Assembly: GCF_035084215.1 (NCBI RefSeq)
Contig: NC_090326.1
Location: 155,558,001 to 155,622,000 of the forward strand
DNA length: 64,000 nucleotides
Direction of reading: 5' to 3'
Source of the DNA: Heptranchias perlo
Lineage: Eukaryota
Below, in pieces: positions 1 through 11,844 of this stretch. The notes beneath the pieces are model-generated. The model did no database searches and was not told the DNA's origin. It worked only from the letters and a program-made list of their open reading frames with translations. A program made the translations under genes and the position numbers. How positions within the stretch are numbered: position 1 is the first letter of the stretch; the number at the start of each line of letters is the position of its first letter.

Positions 1-354
1 AATAAGGAAGCATCCACTGCAGATTGGGCAGGAGTTGCCTCCTGCTCCAGTGTAGCCTGCAGTGCAGTGACCTTATCCTCTAGGATGCCAATGGTACTGG
101 AAGTGACCTCCTCCAACTGACCTGCCAACTGATGCTCACGGTCTGGAGACCATCCCCATATACGTTTCACACACTAACAGTAGGCCCTTCTAATCTAGTT
201 TCTCAGGCTCTTCAGCTGAGGAACAAGGTCTCCTGATGCTCTGACCAGCAATATCTTCCTTCTCATCTTCCATCCCAGATCCTTTTGCCCACTTATGCTC
301 TATGCGTCACCCCCTCTTGCCTTGCTGTCTAATATCCATTGTATGGATGTCTCT

Positions 355-510
355 GAGAGGTGAGGTGAGGTATGGTGAGCTGTGGTGAGCTGTGGTGAGG
401 TGTAGTGAGGTGAGGTGCAGTGAGGTGAGGTGCAGTGAGGTGAGGTAAGGTGTGAAGTGCTGAGGTGTAGTGAGATCTGGTGAGGTGAGCTCTGGTGAGG
501 TGAGGTGTGA
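355..510. repeat. (GTGAG)n-type pentanucleotide microsatellite, degenerate
   Basis: Repeated gtgag/gtgcag units; explains the HTSPH-rich ORF 300..554. Confidence 0.9.
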
Positions 511-1154
511 GGCGTAGCCCTCCTCTGCCTGATTATGTGGGGAAGCACCTCCATGTCTTCCTCACTGATCCGGGGAGAGGGGGCTCCCCTATCCGCTGCA
601 GACCCCTCCGATATTTTTGGTCGCTAACAGTTGGATTTATGCAGCCACAAGTACCGTGGGTGTTCTGGCTCCTTTGAGTAGCTGCAGATATTTACACCCT
701 GCTGTAGCTCATAGTTTCCCACCCGCTCCCCAAATAGTGAGCTCCCAATCAGACGTTGTCACTTCCAGTGGGCAGCGATGGTATCCATCATTGTTTTGCT
801 CAGGGAAATCTAGGCTTAGAAGTCAGTCACTTTCCGCTTAACAGCCTTTTCACTTTGTATTACTCAAAAAGTACCCATAGGGAGCACTGTTAAACACAGA
901 GAAACTAATCGAGTGGAGGATTTTCTCTGAAAATATACTGGCAGCATATTAAGTCTGAACACTTTTTTAAGCTACTGTGTTATAGTCTTGTCACACGATC
1001 CTGCTCATGTTTAATTTCATTTAACAGTGGACCCCTTGTGGCTTTGCTGGTGGTGAGTCGAATGATATGCTGTTTTCTAAGGACAGGCATCTTCCAGCTC
1101 TAGGTGTTATCTGCTGTTGCCTCTCTTGAAGGCTGCACAGTCTAATTGCTGTTG

Positions 1155-1288
1155 TGATGTGGAGATGCCGGTGATGGACTGGGGTTGACAATTGTAAACA
1201 ATTTTACAACACCAAGTGTTGTGAATTTAAAATAAAATTGCTGGACTATAACTTGCTGGACTATAACTTGGTGTTGTAAAATTGTTTA
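1155..1288 (-). mobile_element. Short fold-back Penelope-like element (PLE) terminal insertion, family A
   Basis: Tail (rc of attgtcaaccccagtccatcaccggcatctccacatca) at 1155-1192, short arm to 1217, inverted arm 1219-1288 with a 15-bp internal duplication; TSD taattgctgttg at 1143-1154 and 1289-1300; same sequence as the ends of the 11-kb and 58-kb copies. Confidence 0.85.
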
Positions 1289-1329
1289 TAATTGCTGTTG
1301 AGTAAATATTGTGCCAGACTAGTGAAGAA

Positions 1330-1945
1330 AAGAACTTGCATTCCTATTGAAGCTTGGAGAGCCTCAAAGCGTCCCAAATCGCTTTACGACCAATGGAGCA
1401 CTTTTTGAAGTGCAGTTACTGCTGCAATTTCATAGAATCATAGAAGGAGGCCATTCGGCCCATCGTGTCCGTGCCGGCAGAAAAAGAGCTATCCAGCTTA
1501 ATCCCACTTTCCAGCACTTAGTCCGTAGCCCTGTAGGTTACAGCACTTCAAGTGAACATCCAAGTACTTTTTAAATGAGATTGAGATTAAATGAAATGAT
1601 GAATTTAGGGAAATGCGGCACCCAATTTGTGCAAAATAAGGTTCCATAAGCAGTGATGAGATAAATGATCAGATAATCTGTGATATTGGTTGAGGGATAA
1701 ACACTGGCCAAGGACACTGGGCAAAACTCCCTGATCTTCTTTGAAAAGCACCATGGGATCTTTTATATCCACCTGAGAGGGCAGTTGGTTTAACATCTCG
1801 TCCAAAGAACGGCACCTCCGACACTTTAGCGCTCCCTCTGGATTGCATGGAAGCGTCAGCCTAGATTAAATCTCCGGAATGGGGTTTAAACCCATGACCT
1901 CCCGACTCAGAGGCGAGGGTGCTACCACTGAGCCGCGGCTGGAAC
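1330..1945 (-). mobile_element. Deu-domain SINE (SacSINE1/AmnSINE-like), interrupted by a CR1 3' fragment at about 1430-1575
   Basis: rc of the SINE body seen on + at 4758 and 8333; catagaat tail of CR1 inside. Confidence 0.8.
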
Positions 1946-2458
1946 CTGGTGGCTGTTTGGTGCTGATCAAGGTGATCTGACGTTTCTGCTCTTCCCATTT
2001 CAAGAACCCAGTATCAGCATCAAGCGCTGCCAGGAGAGGATTGGCACAGCTAGAACGAAAAGTGAATCACCAACAACATGCGTCAGCCCCAGCCTCAAAA
2101 CAGCACCCTTTACTGCACCAACGCAACAATTTTTTATTTCCATTTCCCAGACCAGCCATCGTAACTGCGGCCTTGCTGAGTGAGATTGTCAATCAGTGCC
2201 GCATTAGGAAGCGTTTTGTGCTGTGGGTCGACGACTATTAGGAATTGGACTGAGACTGAGACTATTTGGGGAGGAAGGGACCGGACGTAGCATGCTGCCG
2301 TAGCATATAAAGGTCTGCAGCACTTCAAAGGACGAGGCGTAGCAAAAAACCCATGCTGGCATAAGACCAATTCTTTCACATAACGCACATAATAACCAGC
2401 AGAGAAAAGACTTTCCCTTCTGTCAGCCTGGGCTATCTTTCAGTCTAACCCATTGTGT

Positions 2459-2568
2459 CATAGAGTCATAGAGTCATAGAAGTTTACAACATGGAAACAG
2501 GCCCTTCGGCCCAACATGTCCATGTTGCCCAGTTTATACCACTAAGCTAGTCCCAATTGCCTGCAATG
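2459..2568 (-). mobile_element. CR1 extreme 3' end, same young family as the 56.8-kb element
   Basis: Near-identical to 56811-56900. Confidence 0.85.
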
Positions 2569-2859
2569 TCATCCAGTTAAAAGACACTAAAGATAACTGA
2601 GCGGATTGGGGCAAGGGTAGGTAGGTTGAGGGAGTGTGGGAGAGATTGAAAAGTAACCTCTGGGGGCGGTGGGAGGGGGGGGGGGTTGCAAGTAAGAATT
2701 GGTAATGGTCAGGAAGTCCATGCAGTGGATTCAGCGTCACTTGGGCACGTGTTCAGAATGGGATCACTGTGTGGTTTGACGAAGCGGAATTAATAGCGAC
2801 CAAAAAATTGCACACGCCTTTCTTGGGATTTTTGCTTCAGCTTTACAATTATTATTGTA

Positions 2860-3130
2860 ATTGGCAAAAGAACCGGAGGGGAGATGAGGATTTTTTTTTA
2901 ACGCAGAGAGTTGTTATGATCTGGAATGCGCTGCCTGAAAGGGTGGTGGAAGCAGAGTCGATAGTAACTTTCAAAAGGGAATCGGATACATACTTGAAAA
3001 GGAAAAAAGTTACAGGGCTATGGGGAAAGAGCGGGGGGGAGTGGGACCAATTGGATAACTCTTTCAAAGAGCCAGCAAAGGCATGATGGGCCGAATGGCC
3101 TCCTTCTGTGCTGTAAGATTCTATGATTAT
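2860..3130 (+). mobile_element. CR1 LINE 3' fragment
   Basis: FLTQRVVMIWNALPERVVEA peptide, 3'UTR gggccgaatggcc and attctatg tail. Confidence 0.9.
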
Positions 3131-4559
3131 TATATAACGTTTTTCTTTTCACCTGAGGGAACATCACAACAGAATGTCTCTGGAGATCCCAAGCAGTAGT
3201 GGGAGAAGAGGGGAAAATATCTGTAGGTCAAGTTAATATTTGTCTTCTCGGATAGGTTGTTATACAGTTGGGATGGGCCTGGGGGTTAAAACTCAAAACC
3301 AAAATTAAAATAGGTACTACAAATTTATTACATTTTTTAACTAAGGAAGAACTCACCTGCTGGACTAAGACAACCATGGGCTGGGTGAATCTGTGATTGG
3401 CAAAGTGTGACACAATTGACATTGAAAGCTTCCATGACAGCGCCACCTACAGGCATAACCGGCACTACAGGCAGTGCAATGGGTTTGGCTACGAAGATAT
3501 TCAATGAAATCCATACCCCACATACCGAATTTAAAATATCTTGTAGCATATTTGTATTGAAACATCCTTTAAGGTAGATCCTATTATGCTATCATGCCCT
3601 TTACAACTCCAGATATACACGATTTTCTGCTCCGTTGTGATGCTGAACATCCCACTGTCTAAAAATCATAGAACATCTCTTGATTCACTGTCTGCTCACA
3701 ATAAAGTGGGAGGTAAACGTTCTTTAGAAGCAAGGAACGGCAATTTTCTCACATTTTCTCTTTCGGTGTGGAAATGCTACTTAGATTCTCAAAGAGCCTG
3801 CATATCACACTGCTTGTCAGAATAAACCCTTGGATTGTGTGGGATAAACAATAAATCCTTCAGGATTTGACTACGCCCAATAAGACTTAAAGGTCAATTG
3901 ACGAGGTTTTCCATTTTGCAGGTAAAAAGTTTTCTTCAGTAATATTTAATCAGCCCTTTTTCATAGTCACTGCAATGGAACAGAATCATTGAAATGATTT
4001 TTTAGAATTATTATTAATAAGGGTGACACATTTCCTATTGTGTGTTGATGACTCTCAGTTACCTGGATAAGAGATTAACGGGTCAGATTAACCTCCTGGG
4101 TCCCATTAGGATTAACCCCTCAGCTACAGATGGCTGGTTACCAGAAAAACACCAGCGGCAAAGCAAATTGGGTAGAACGGAAACAGAAAAATTGGACAAA
4201 ACTGTTAGGAGTCAGAACTTAAAACAAAACAGGGTGGAAAACATTACCATTTTATCGGCCGTCGTGTTCTGAATTACCATGCGGAAAAAAAAAGATTTCA
4301 GCTAAATTGTTTGACCTTTAACAAGACTCGACAGGGCGGACTGTAAATCCTGGAAGTTTTTAGTGAGGGTAAGATAGGGGAATATCGAGCAACATAAAGG
4401 AGAAATAAATTACTATAATTAGTTGTTTAAAGGGATCTCATACATCTGACTTTTGAGAGCAGAGTTGCCATTTTTCTTCTCCTTCACTTCACCACCTGAT
4501 TGCTGTTGAATGTCAGAAGAGTTTCCAATATCCTCGGGAGGCCTTAGAGAATTTCTTGT

Positions 4560-5230
4560 AGGACGGAAAGATTTACATTCATGCCGCGCCTTATATCTCT
4601 CAGAAACATGCAGTGAATTACTTTGAAGTATGATGTAGGCGAATGCAACAGCCATTTTACACAAAGCAAGATCCCGCAAACAACATTGGGATGAATCTAC
4701 TTTGGTTGAGGGAGGAATGTTGGCCAGGACGACAAGAGAACTCCCTGCTCTTCCTGGTGTCAGCCTTGGCTCAGTGGTAGCACTCTTGCTCTCAGCGCCA
4801 GAAGGTTTTAGGCTCAAGTCCCACTCCAGGGGCTTGAGCACATAATGCAGGCTGACACGCCACTGCAGTACCAAGGGAGTGCTACACTGTCGGGAGTGTC
4901 GTCTTTCGGATGAGACATTAAACTGAAGCCCCGCCTGCCTTCTTAGGTGGACATAAAAGATCCCACGGCAATATTTGAAGAAGAGTAGGGGAGTTCTCCC
5001 CGGTGTCCTGGCCAACATTTATCCCTCAACCAACATCAGAAAAGAGAGGATCTGGTTAATATCTCATTGCTGTTTGTGGGATCTTGCTGTGCACAAATTG
5101 GCTGCCACGTTTCCTAAATTGCAACAGTGGCTGCACTTTGAAAGTATTTCATTGACTGTAAAGCGCTTTGGGACGTCCTGAGGTCATGAAAGGCGCTATA
5201 TAAATGTAAGTTCTTTCTTTCTTTCTTTCT
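4560..5230. mobile_element. Two Deu-domain SINEs: partial minus copy about 4560-4757 and full plus copy 4758-5230
   Basis: tRNA-like head (tggctcagtggtag...ggctcaagtccc), Deu core cattgctgtttgtgggatcttgctgtgc, L2-like tail aggcgctatataaatg plus (cttt)n. Confidence 0.85.
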
Positions 5231-5717
5231 GTCTGTCTGTCTGTCTGTCTTTCACTTTCCCACCAAACCAAGTAAACAGGCAGGCAATTTAACATCTCAA
5301 GCAAAGGTAATCCACCACAGTATCATTCTAGGTCCCATGCTCTAAAGTATCATTTTAGATCACAGTGCACCTGAACCCACAAACCACCACTGACTTAGAG
5401 GCAAGAGTGCTCCCAATTGAGCCTAGCTGATACTATACATTGTAATGAACAGAGTAGTGTGGATACCGTACTGCAGCCAGAGGAAATATTAATACGTTTC
5501 CAGTGAAAGCTAGTTAGCTATTTTCTGCTGTTACAGAATATTTTAGCTACACCTCATTTCTTATAATCCAGATTAACCACAAAACAATCTCTTGAGTGCA
5601 ATTATTTGTATCACCCTTATGTTTGTATATGTGGCCACATATCTGCACCTCAGACATTATAAAGCCTAATATAGTTAGCTTAAGAAGCAAACTAGCAAAG
5701 GAGCAATGAGAGCTGTT

Positions 5718-6290
5718 AGAAGTCTAGATGATTAAATTATCTTAGATTAGATTCAAAATCTGGACGGTGAAATCACCTTAGATTAGACTCGAAGTCTGGA
5801 CGGAGAAATCACCTTAGATTAGACTCGAAGTCTGGACGGAGAAATCACCTTAGATTAGACTCGAACTCTGAACGGTGAAATCACCTTAGATTAGACTCGA
5901 AATCTGGATGGAGAAATCACCTTAGATTAGACTCGAAGTCTGGATGGAGAAATCACCTTAGATTAGACTCGAACTCTGAACGGTGAAATCACCTTAGATT
6001 AGACTCGAAATCTGGATGGAGAAATCACCTTAGATTAGACTCGAACTCTGAACGGTGAAATCACCTTAGATTAGACTCGAAATCTGGACGGTGAAATAAT
6101 CTTAGATTAGACTGGCAATCTGGACGGTGTAATCACCTTAGATTAGACTCGAAATCTGGATGGAGAAATCACCTTAGATTAGACTCGAACTCTGGACAGA
6201 GAAATCACCTTAGATTAGACTCGAAGTCTAGATGGTGAAATCACCTTGGATTAGACTCGAAGTCTAGACGGTGAAATCACCTTGGATTAG
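5718..6290. repeat. 36-bp minisatellite, about 15-16 copies (ttagattagactcgaaatctggacggagaaatcacc)
   Basis: tcaccttaga recurs at 5881 and 6061 (5 x 36). Confidence 0.95.
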
Positions 6291-6477
6291 GTTTATTGTT
6301 GCCAGCACTAGCAACATCAGTAATGATTTCACATTATTGTTTTAACGCACATGACTCAGTGACAGAAGGGGGAGAGACAGCTGAATGATCTGTCAGTCTC
6401 CCTTCTACCCCGATGAAATGTGTGCAACATTGAAAGATGTCGGAAGTTTTCAAACTCTGTATATATGGGTCTGCTTA

Positions 6478-7060
6478 TAGAATCACAGAATCATAGAAAG
6501 GTTACAACATGGAAGGAGGTAATTCGGCCCATCGAGTCCGTGTAGGCTCTAAGCAAGAGCAATCCAACTAGTTCCACTCCCCCGCCCTATCTCCGTAGCC
6601 CTGCAAACTTTTTCCTATCAAGTACTTATCCAGTTCCCTTTTGAAGGCCATGATTGAATCTGCCTCCACCACCCCCTCGGGCATTGCATTCCAGATCCTA
6701 ACCACTCGCTGTGTAAAAATTTTTTTCCTCATGTGGCCTTTGGTTCCTTTGCCTATCACCTTAAATCTATGCCCTCTGTTTCTTGACCCTTCCGCCAATG
6801 GGAACAGTTTCTCTATCTACTCTGTCTAGACCCTTCATGATTTTGAATACCTCTATCAAATCTCCTCTCAACCTTCTCTATTCCAAGGAGAACAACCTCA
6901 CATTCTCCAGTCTATCCATGTAACTAAAGTCTCTCATCCCTGGAATCATTCTAGTAAATTTCTTCTGCATCCTCTTCACATCCTTCCTAAAGTGCGGTGC
7001 CCAGAACTGGACACAATACTCCTGTTGTGGCCTAACCAGTGTTTTATAAAGGTTCATCAG
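6478..7060 (-). mobile_element. CR1 LINE 3' fragment
   Basis: ORF 6568..6798 matches the CR1 ORF2 C-terminus. Confidence 0.9.
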
Positions 7061-7317
7061 ATGCCTTAGCTGGAACCCTCAGTGTCACAGTGTGCGTGAA
7101 AGTTTATCTATGTTATATGTTTCTGATCTGATAGAAGCTTGAACTTGGGCTCGAGCCAATGTTTCAGTCTGGCTCAGCACTGAGAAACATTAGGAGCCGT
7201 AGTCCCCTGGTAAAGCTGAACAGGTTTCCCCCACTGAGAGCAGCAACAGTTCTTCCAGTGATAACACATTAATTCAATTAAGCTGGTGACCTTGTGAAAT
7301 CAATCGGCCTTTGGTAT

Positions 7318-7850
7318 TAAAACCAGAAAATGCTGGAAACCCTCAGCAGATCAGGCAGGCTTGGGGTGGGGATCCTCTATCGACACACACTGGCAGGGTG
7401 GTCTGCACCCCTGGGGTCTATCTGCCTTTCTTCCACCACATTCCTGGGCCATGGAAGCTTTTTCCGCTTTGCCAGATTTTCTGTGCTTCCCTCCCCCTCT
7501 ACTGTTCTGCTGTAATAATTTACACCTCCTCTGGACCCATCGTTTGTTTCTATACTCGTCTCATTATTACCTCCTTTTGCCTTGCACCATCATTGCTTCT
7601 GTCATTTAGTGACTCCTGCCCTCCATTCGATCACAGACCTCTCCTTTTTGTTCTTTTCTTACCCACCCCCCCCAATCTTTCCCCGGCTCTGCACTTGTGT
7701 AAAAGCTGTTCATCACTTTCATCTTCCAATTCTGATGAAAGGTCTTCGACCTGAAACGTTAACTCTGTTTCTCTCTCCACAGATGCTGCCTGGGCTGCTG
7801 AGTGTTTCCTGCTATTTCAGATTTCCAGAATCCGCAGTAGTTTGCTTTTG
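7318..7850 (+). mobile_element. Penelope-like element relic, family B, with a short inverted 5' arm
   Basis: 7318-7360 is the imperfect rc of 7783-7820; hammerhead-like motif at 7728-7764 within the terminal region. Confidence 0.65.
7728..7764 (+). ncRNA. Minimal hammerhead ribozyme motif (family B)
   Basis: CUGAUGA-A-AGGUC-uuc-GACCU-GAAA-CG-UU; palindromic AACGUU; stem I has one mismatch. Confidence 0.7.
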
Positions 7851-8332
7851 TAGCCTTTTGCTGTCCTGCAACCATTGATTGAGAAAAAGCCGTTCAGACT
7901 ATCAGACCCATTCGTTCTACAGACCTGGTATAATGTGCCCAATCATGGACCTATTTAAGGGTAAATTCACCAATCCTACGCTCCTAGCAAGGAGCCATAC
8001 TCAGTGAGAGCACAGGTTGGAGGTACAGCAATGGTACAATCAATTCTCCAACCCATGCTCCCTTTCAACACACCTCCCCACAAGGACCATGGGATCAATG
8101 AATTTTAATTTCCTGAGGGAAGGTTCTGTAAAGTTTCTGTCTGTTTCTCCCCGAATGCCTATCTAATGCCCTGCAGCATAAGAAATAGAGTTCAGAGTTG
8201 TACTCCACAAATAGTGCCTGTTTACACTGCCTTGACTTCAGAGTCAAACTAAAGTGAAACCTAAGCTGAAAGAAGCTAGTTATTCACTAAGATCATACGC
8301 TGGATGTGTTGATGCCTCCAATTTATGTATCA

Positions 8333-8780
8333 GGTGTCAGCTGTGGCTCAGTGGGTAGAACTCCTGTATCTGAATCATGAAGGTTGTGGGTTCAAGTCCT
8401 ACATGAGGGACCTAAGTGCAAAATCCAGGCTGATTCTCCCAGTGCAGTACCAGAGGGAGTGCTATGTTGTCTTTCAAATGTGACATTAAGCTGAAGCCCG
8501 ATCTACCCTCTCAAATGGATGTAAAAGATCCTATGGCACCATTTGAAGAAAAGCAGAAGACTTTGTGTCAATATTTATTTGTCAACTGACACCTAAAAAC
8601 AGATTATCTGGTCATTATCACATTGCTGTTTGTGGGACTTTGCTGTGCGCAAATTGGCTGCTGCGTTTCCTACATTACAACAGTGACTGCACTTCAACAG
8701 TACGTCATTGGTTGTAAAGTGCTTTGGGACGTCCTGAGGTTGTGAAAGGCACTATATAAATGCAAGTCTTTCTTTTTATT
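8333..8780 (+). mobile_element. Deu-domain SINE, full length
   Basis: A/B-box head, Deu core, L2-like tail. Confidence 0.85.
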
Positions 8781-9819
8781 CAGACCTCAGTAGAAACAAG
8801 GGTGAATGTCATCAATCTGTTCCCTGCTAAATGCACTAGAGGAAACAAAATAAATCACACTTAAGCTAATTCACCTTAATACTCTTTGTAAGCGTCTTGT
8901 GTGATACTCATAATTTATCACCCCAAATTGCTCCCACCACCAGTGACAGGCCAATATTTCCCCTTGGTGTTATGTAGCTCAAAATGCTCTCTTAAGGCAC
9001 AACCCAAGTTTGGAAGGACAAAAGCTATAATTACACTGTTGGGTGTTTATCACAGTTCATTTGGACACAGTATGAATCTGTCAGCCCTTTATTTACCCCC
9101 ATCTTAATGATGGCATTGTTAACTCGTTCATTGCCAAAGGCACCATTTGGCATCATTCCATCTGCAGTAGCTGGTTCCAGAATGGCACCAGATGGTGTTA
9201 TTATTAACTGCAGCTGCGAAAAAAATGGGCATTGGGTTATATCACAATGGCATGTGCACAGCAGATAAGTCAGGGAGAGATTTCCCTGCTGTGCTGTTGT
9301 AGCTTTATTTTAACATTACACTTTGCAGGAAATAATGACAAAGTGGGATTCCAAATGAGAAGTGAACCATTTTGATGTTTTATTATAACATATTGCCACT
9401 GTAAGAGGGGAGAATACTCTTTCTAAATCCCATGTGAGTCCTTGCCTATTCTGTTTGTTTCAATAAATCCACCCTTTACTTCTGACAGATGTGACCCTGC
9501 ATTTGAGAGCTGGTACATTTTCTGTTACCCCTTCCATTATCGCAGGCTATTCATCTTCCATTCCTTTCTAATAAAGCCCCAGTGGTTCTACGTTTAGCAC
9601 TGAGTCCATCAATTCAGTATTATGCATTATTATTTGTTGCGCTTTGAAATCGATGCACAAAACTCCACAAATTCATATTCATCTCCGTTCACTGGAGCTA
9701 ACAGAGCAAGTAAATACCATACTGCACTGTGGCTAAAGCCCTGTTTCCTCATGACCTTATTTAACTCTTTGCTGTGGCTTATCTATCCTCACATAAAATG
9801 GAACAAAGTGACAATGGTT

Positions 9820-10230
9820 AATCACAGGAACATAGGAACAGGAGTATGCCATTCAGCCCCTCGAGTCTGTTCTGCCATTCAATGAGATCATGGCTGATCT
9901 GTATCCTAACTCCGTAGTTCCATATTCTTGGCTCCATTTCCCTTAATACCCTTGGCTAGCAAAAATCTATTGATCTCAGATTTAAAATTATTAATTGAGC
10001 TCGCATCTACTGCTTTTTGTGGGAGAGAATTGCACACTTCTACCACCCTTTGCATGAAGAAGTGTTTCCTAACTTCTCCCCTGAATGGCCTGGCTCTGAT
10101 TTTAAGGTTATGTCCCCTTGTCCTAGACTCCCTCACCAGTGGAAACAGTTTCTCTCTAGCCTATCAATTCCTTTCAAAAATCCTAAAATCCTCAATCAAA
10201 TCACCCCTTATCCTCCTGGATTCCAGGGAA
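9820..10230 (-). mobile_element. CR1 LINE 3' fragment
   Basis: ORF 9906..10136 TRGHNLKI...FFMQRVVEV. Confidence 0.9.
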
Positions 10231-11042
10231 CAAAAACCAGGGAATAAAGAGACAGCCTGACCATCACTTTCTCCGTTATAAGCCATTTACACCATTTACT
10301 TCAATACAAAGAGGTTCTATCTCTCCACTGATACAAACTATGTCCTATTATTTCAGTGTTAAGTCACCATATATTTTTTTAAAATCTTGTTCTGGGAATG
10401 TGAACAATACCCAGTAAAGCAGCATCTATTGCCCATCCCTGGATGCCCTGAGGGCTTTAAGAGTCAACCATATTGTGTGGAACTGAAGTCACATGCAGAC
10501 CAGAGGCAACCACATATCAGACTGTAAAGAACCAGATTTATTGAAGTCATTTTCACATCTTACTGTGGTGAGATTTGAACCCTTGTCCTCTGAGGTTGAT
10601 CTAAGCCAGTATCGTAACCACCAGACTACTGTACCCGAATCCAACATAGCATATGGGTTGTGAGACTGGCCCCATCGAGTACTTTCTCACAGCTTAGGCT
10701 GAAATCATTTCTAATGTTGAAAGAAATTCTCACGTCAGGAATATTCGGGTGTCAGTGGCCAGCTCTGCAAAAGCAGGAATGTGACGTGGGGCTAATTATA
10801 AACTTGCATCTCATAACGATGCCCATAGGAATCACTTACAAAAGAGTCATGTTCAACTTTAAAGAAAGGACTTGTATTTATATAAGGCCTTTTACGACGT
10901 CCCAAAGAACTGTTGTAATGCAGGAAATGCAGCAGACAAGGTTCCCACAAACAGCAATGAGATAATGACCAGATAACCTGTTTAAGCGAATGTTGTAAAC
11001 AATTTTACAACACCAAGTTATAGTCCAGCAATTTTATTTTAA

Positions 11043-11083
11043 ATTCACAAGCTTTCGGAGATTTTCTCCTTCCTCAGGCAAAT
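11043..11083 (-). ncRNA. Minimal hammerhead ribozyme motif (family A, inverted arm)
   Basis: rc = AUUUGC-CUGAGGA-A-GGAGA-aaa-UCUCC-GAAA-GC-UU-GUGAAU. Confidence 0.8.
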
Positions 11084-11803
11084 GTTTCAAGAACTCCTTG
11101 AAGCCTACGCATTTATACATATAGAACAATACATGGTGTTTACAGACTGCCCCTGCAACTGCCCGTTGCCAAGGCAATCACCGTGTTCAGACAGAGAGGT
11201 GTCACCTGCAGAACCCCCGAATACACATTCAACAAAAAAACAAACAGGGAAAAAAAACAGAGAAAAAAAAAACAGAGAGAGAGGCAGAAACATCCGGAAG
11301 GCAGAGAGAGCCAGCAAATGACCCATTATATTAAAAACAGATAACATTTGTTCGCTGGTGGGGTAACGTGTAGCGTGACATGAACCCAAGATCCCGGTTG
11401 AGGCCGTCCTCATGGGTGCGGAACTTGGCTATCAATTTCTGCTCGACGATTTTGATAGCCAAGTTCCGCACCCATGAGGACGGCCTCAACCGGGATCTTG
11501 GGTTCATGTCATGCTACACGTTACCCCACCAGCGAACAAATGTTATCTGTTTTTAATATAATGGGTCATTTGCTGGCTCTCTCTGCCTTCCGGATGTTTC
11601 TGCCTCTCTCTGTGTTTTTTTTTTCTCTGTTTTTTTTCCCTGTTTGTTTTTTTGTTGAATGTGTATTCGGGGGTTCTGCAGGTGACACCTCTCTGTCTGA
11701 ACACGGTGATTGCCTTGGCAACGGGCAGTTGCAGGGGCAGTCTGTAAACACCATGTATTGTTCTATATGTATAAATGCGTAGGCTTCAAGGAGTTCTTGA
11801 AAC

Positions 11804-11844
11804 ATTTGCCTGAGGAAGGAGAAAATCTCCGAAAGCTTGTGAAT
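11804..11844 (+). ncRNA. Minimal hammerhead ribozyme motif (family A, tail-bearing arm)
   Basis: AUUUGC-CUGAGGA-A-GGAGA-aaa-UCUCC-GAAA-GC-UU-GUGAAU; stem I AUUUGC/GUGAAU; predicted cleavage after 11838; AATAAA follows at 11849. Confidence 0.8.

Noticed and set aside
300-554. His/Pro-rich ORF
   Set aside because: Translation of a pentanucleotide microsatellite
3357-3570. Minus-strand exon ending CAG|gtgagt
   Set aside because: No convincing acceptor or recognisable peptide
4758-4835. tRNA genes at SINE heads
   Set aside because: A/B-box-like heads run directly into SINE bodies and lack a full cloverleaf
5718-6290. CRISPR-like array (also 36210-36908 and 38443-39812)
   Set aside because: Head-to-tail units without unique spacers, no cas genes, vertebrate context
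11082-11805. Mirror ORF pairs as genes
   Set aside because: By-products of the inverted repeat; the meaningful frame is the short GIY-YIG C-terminus
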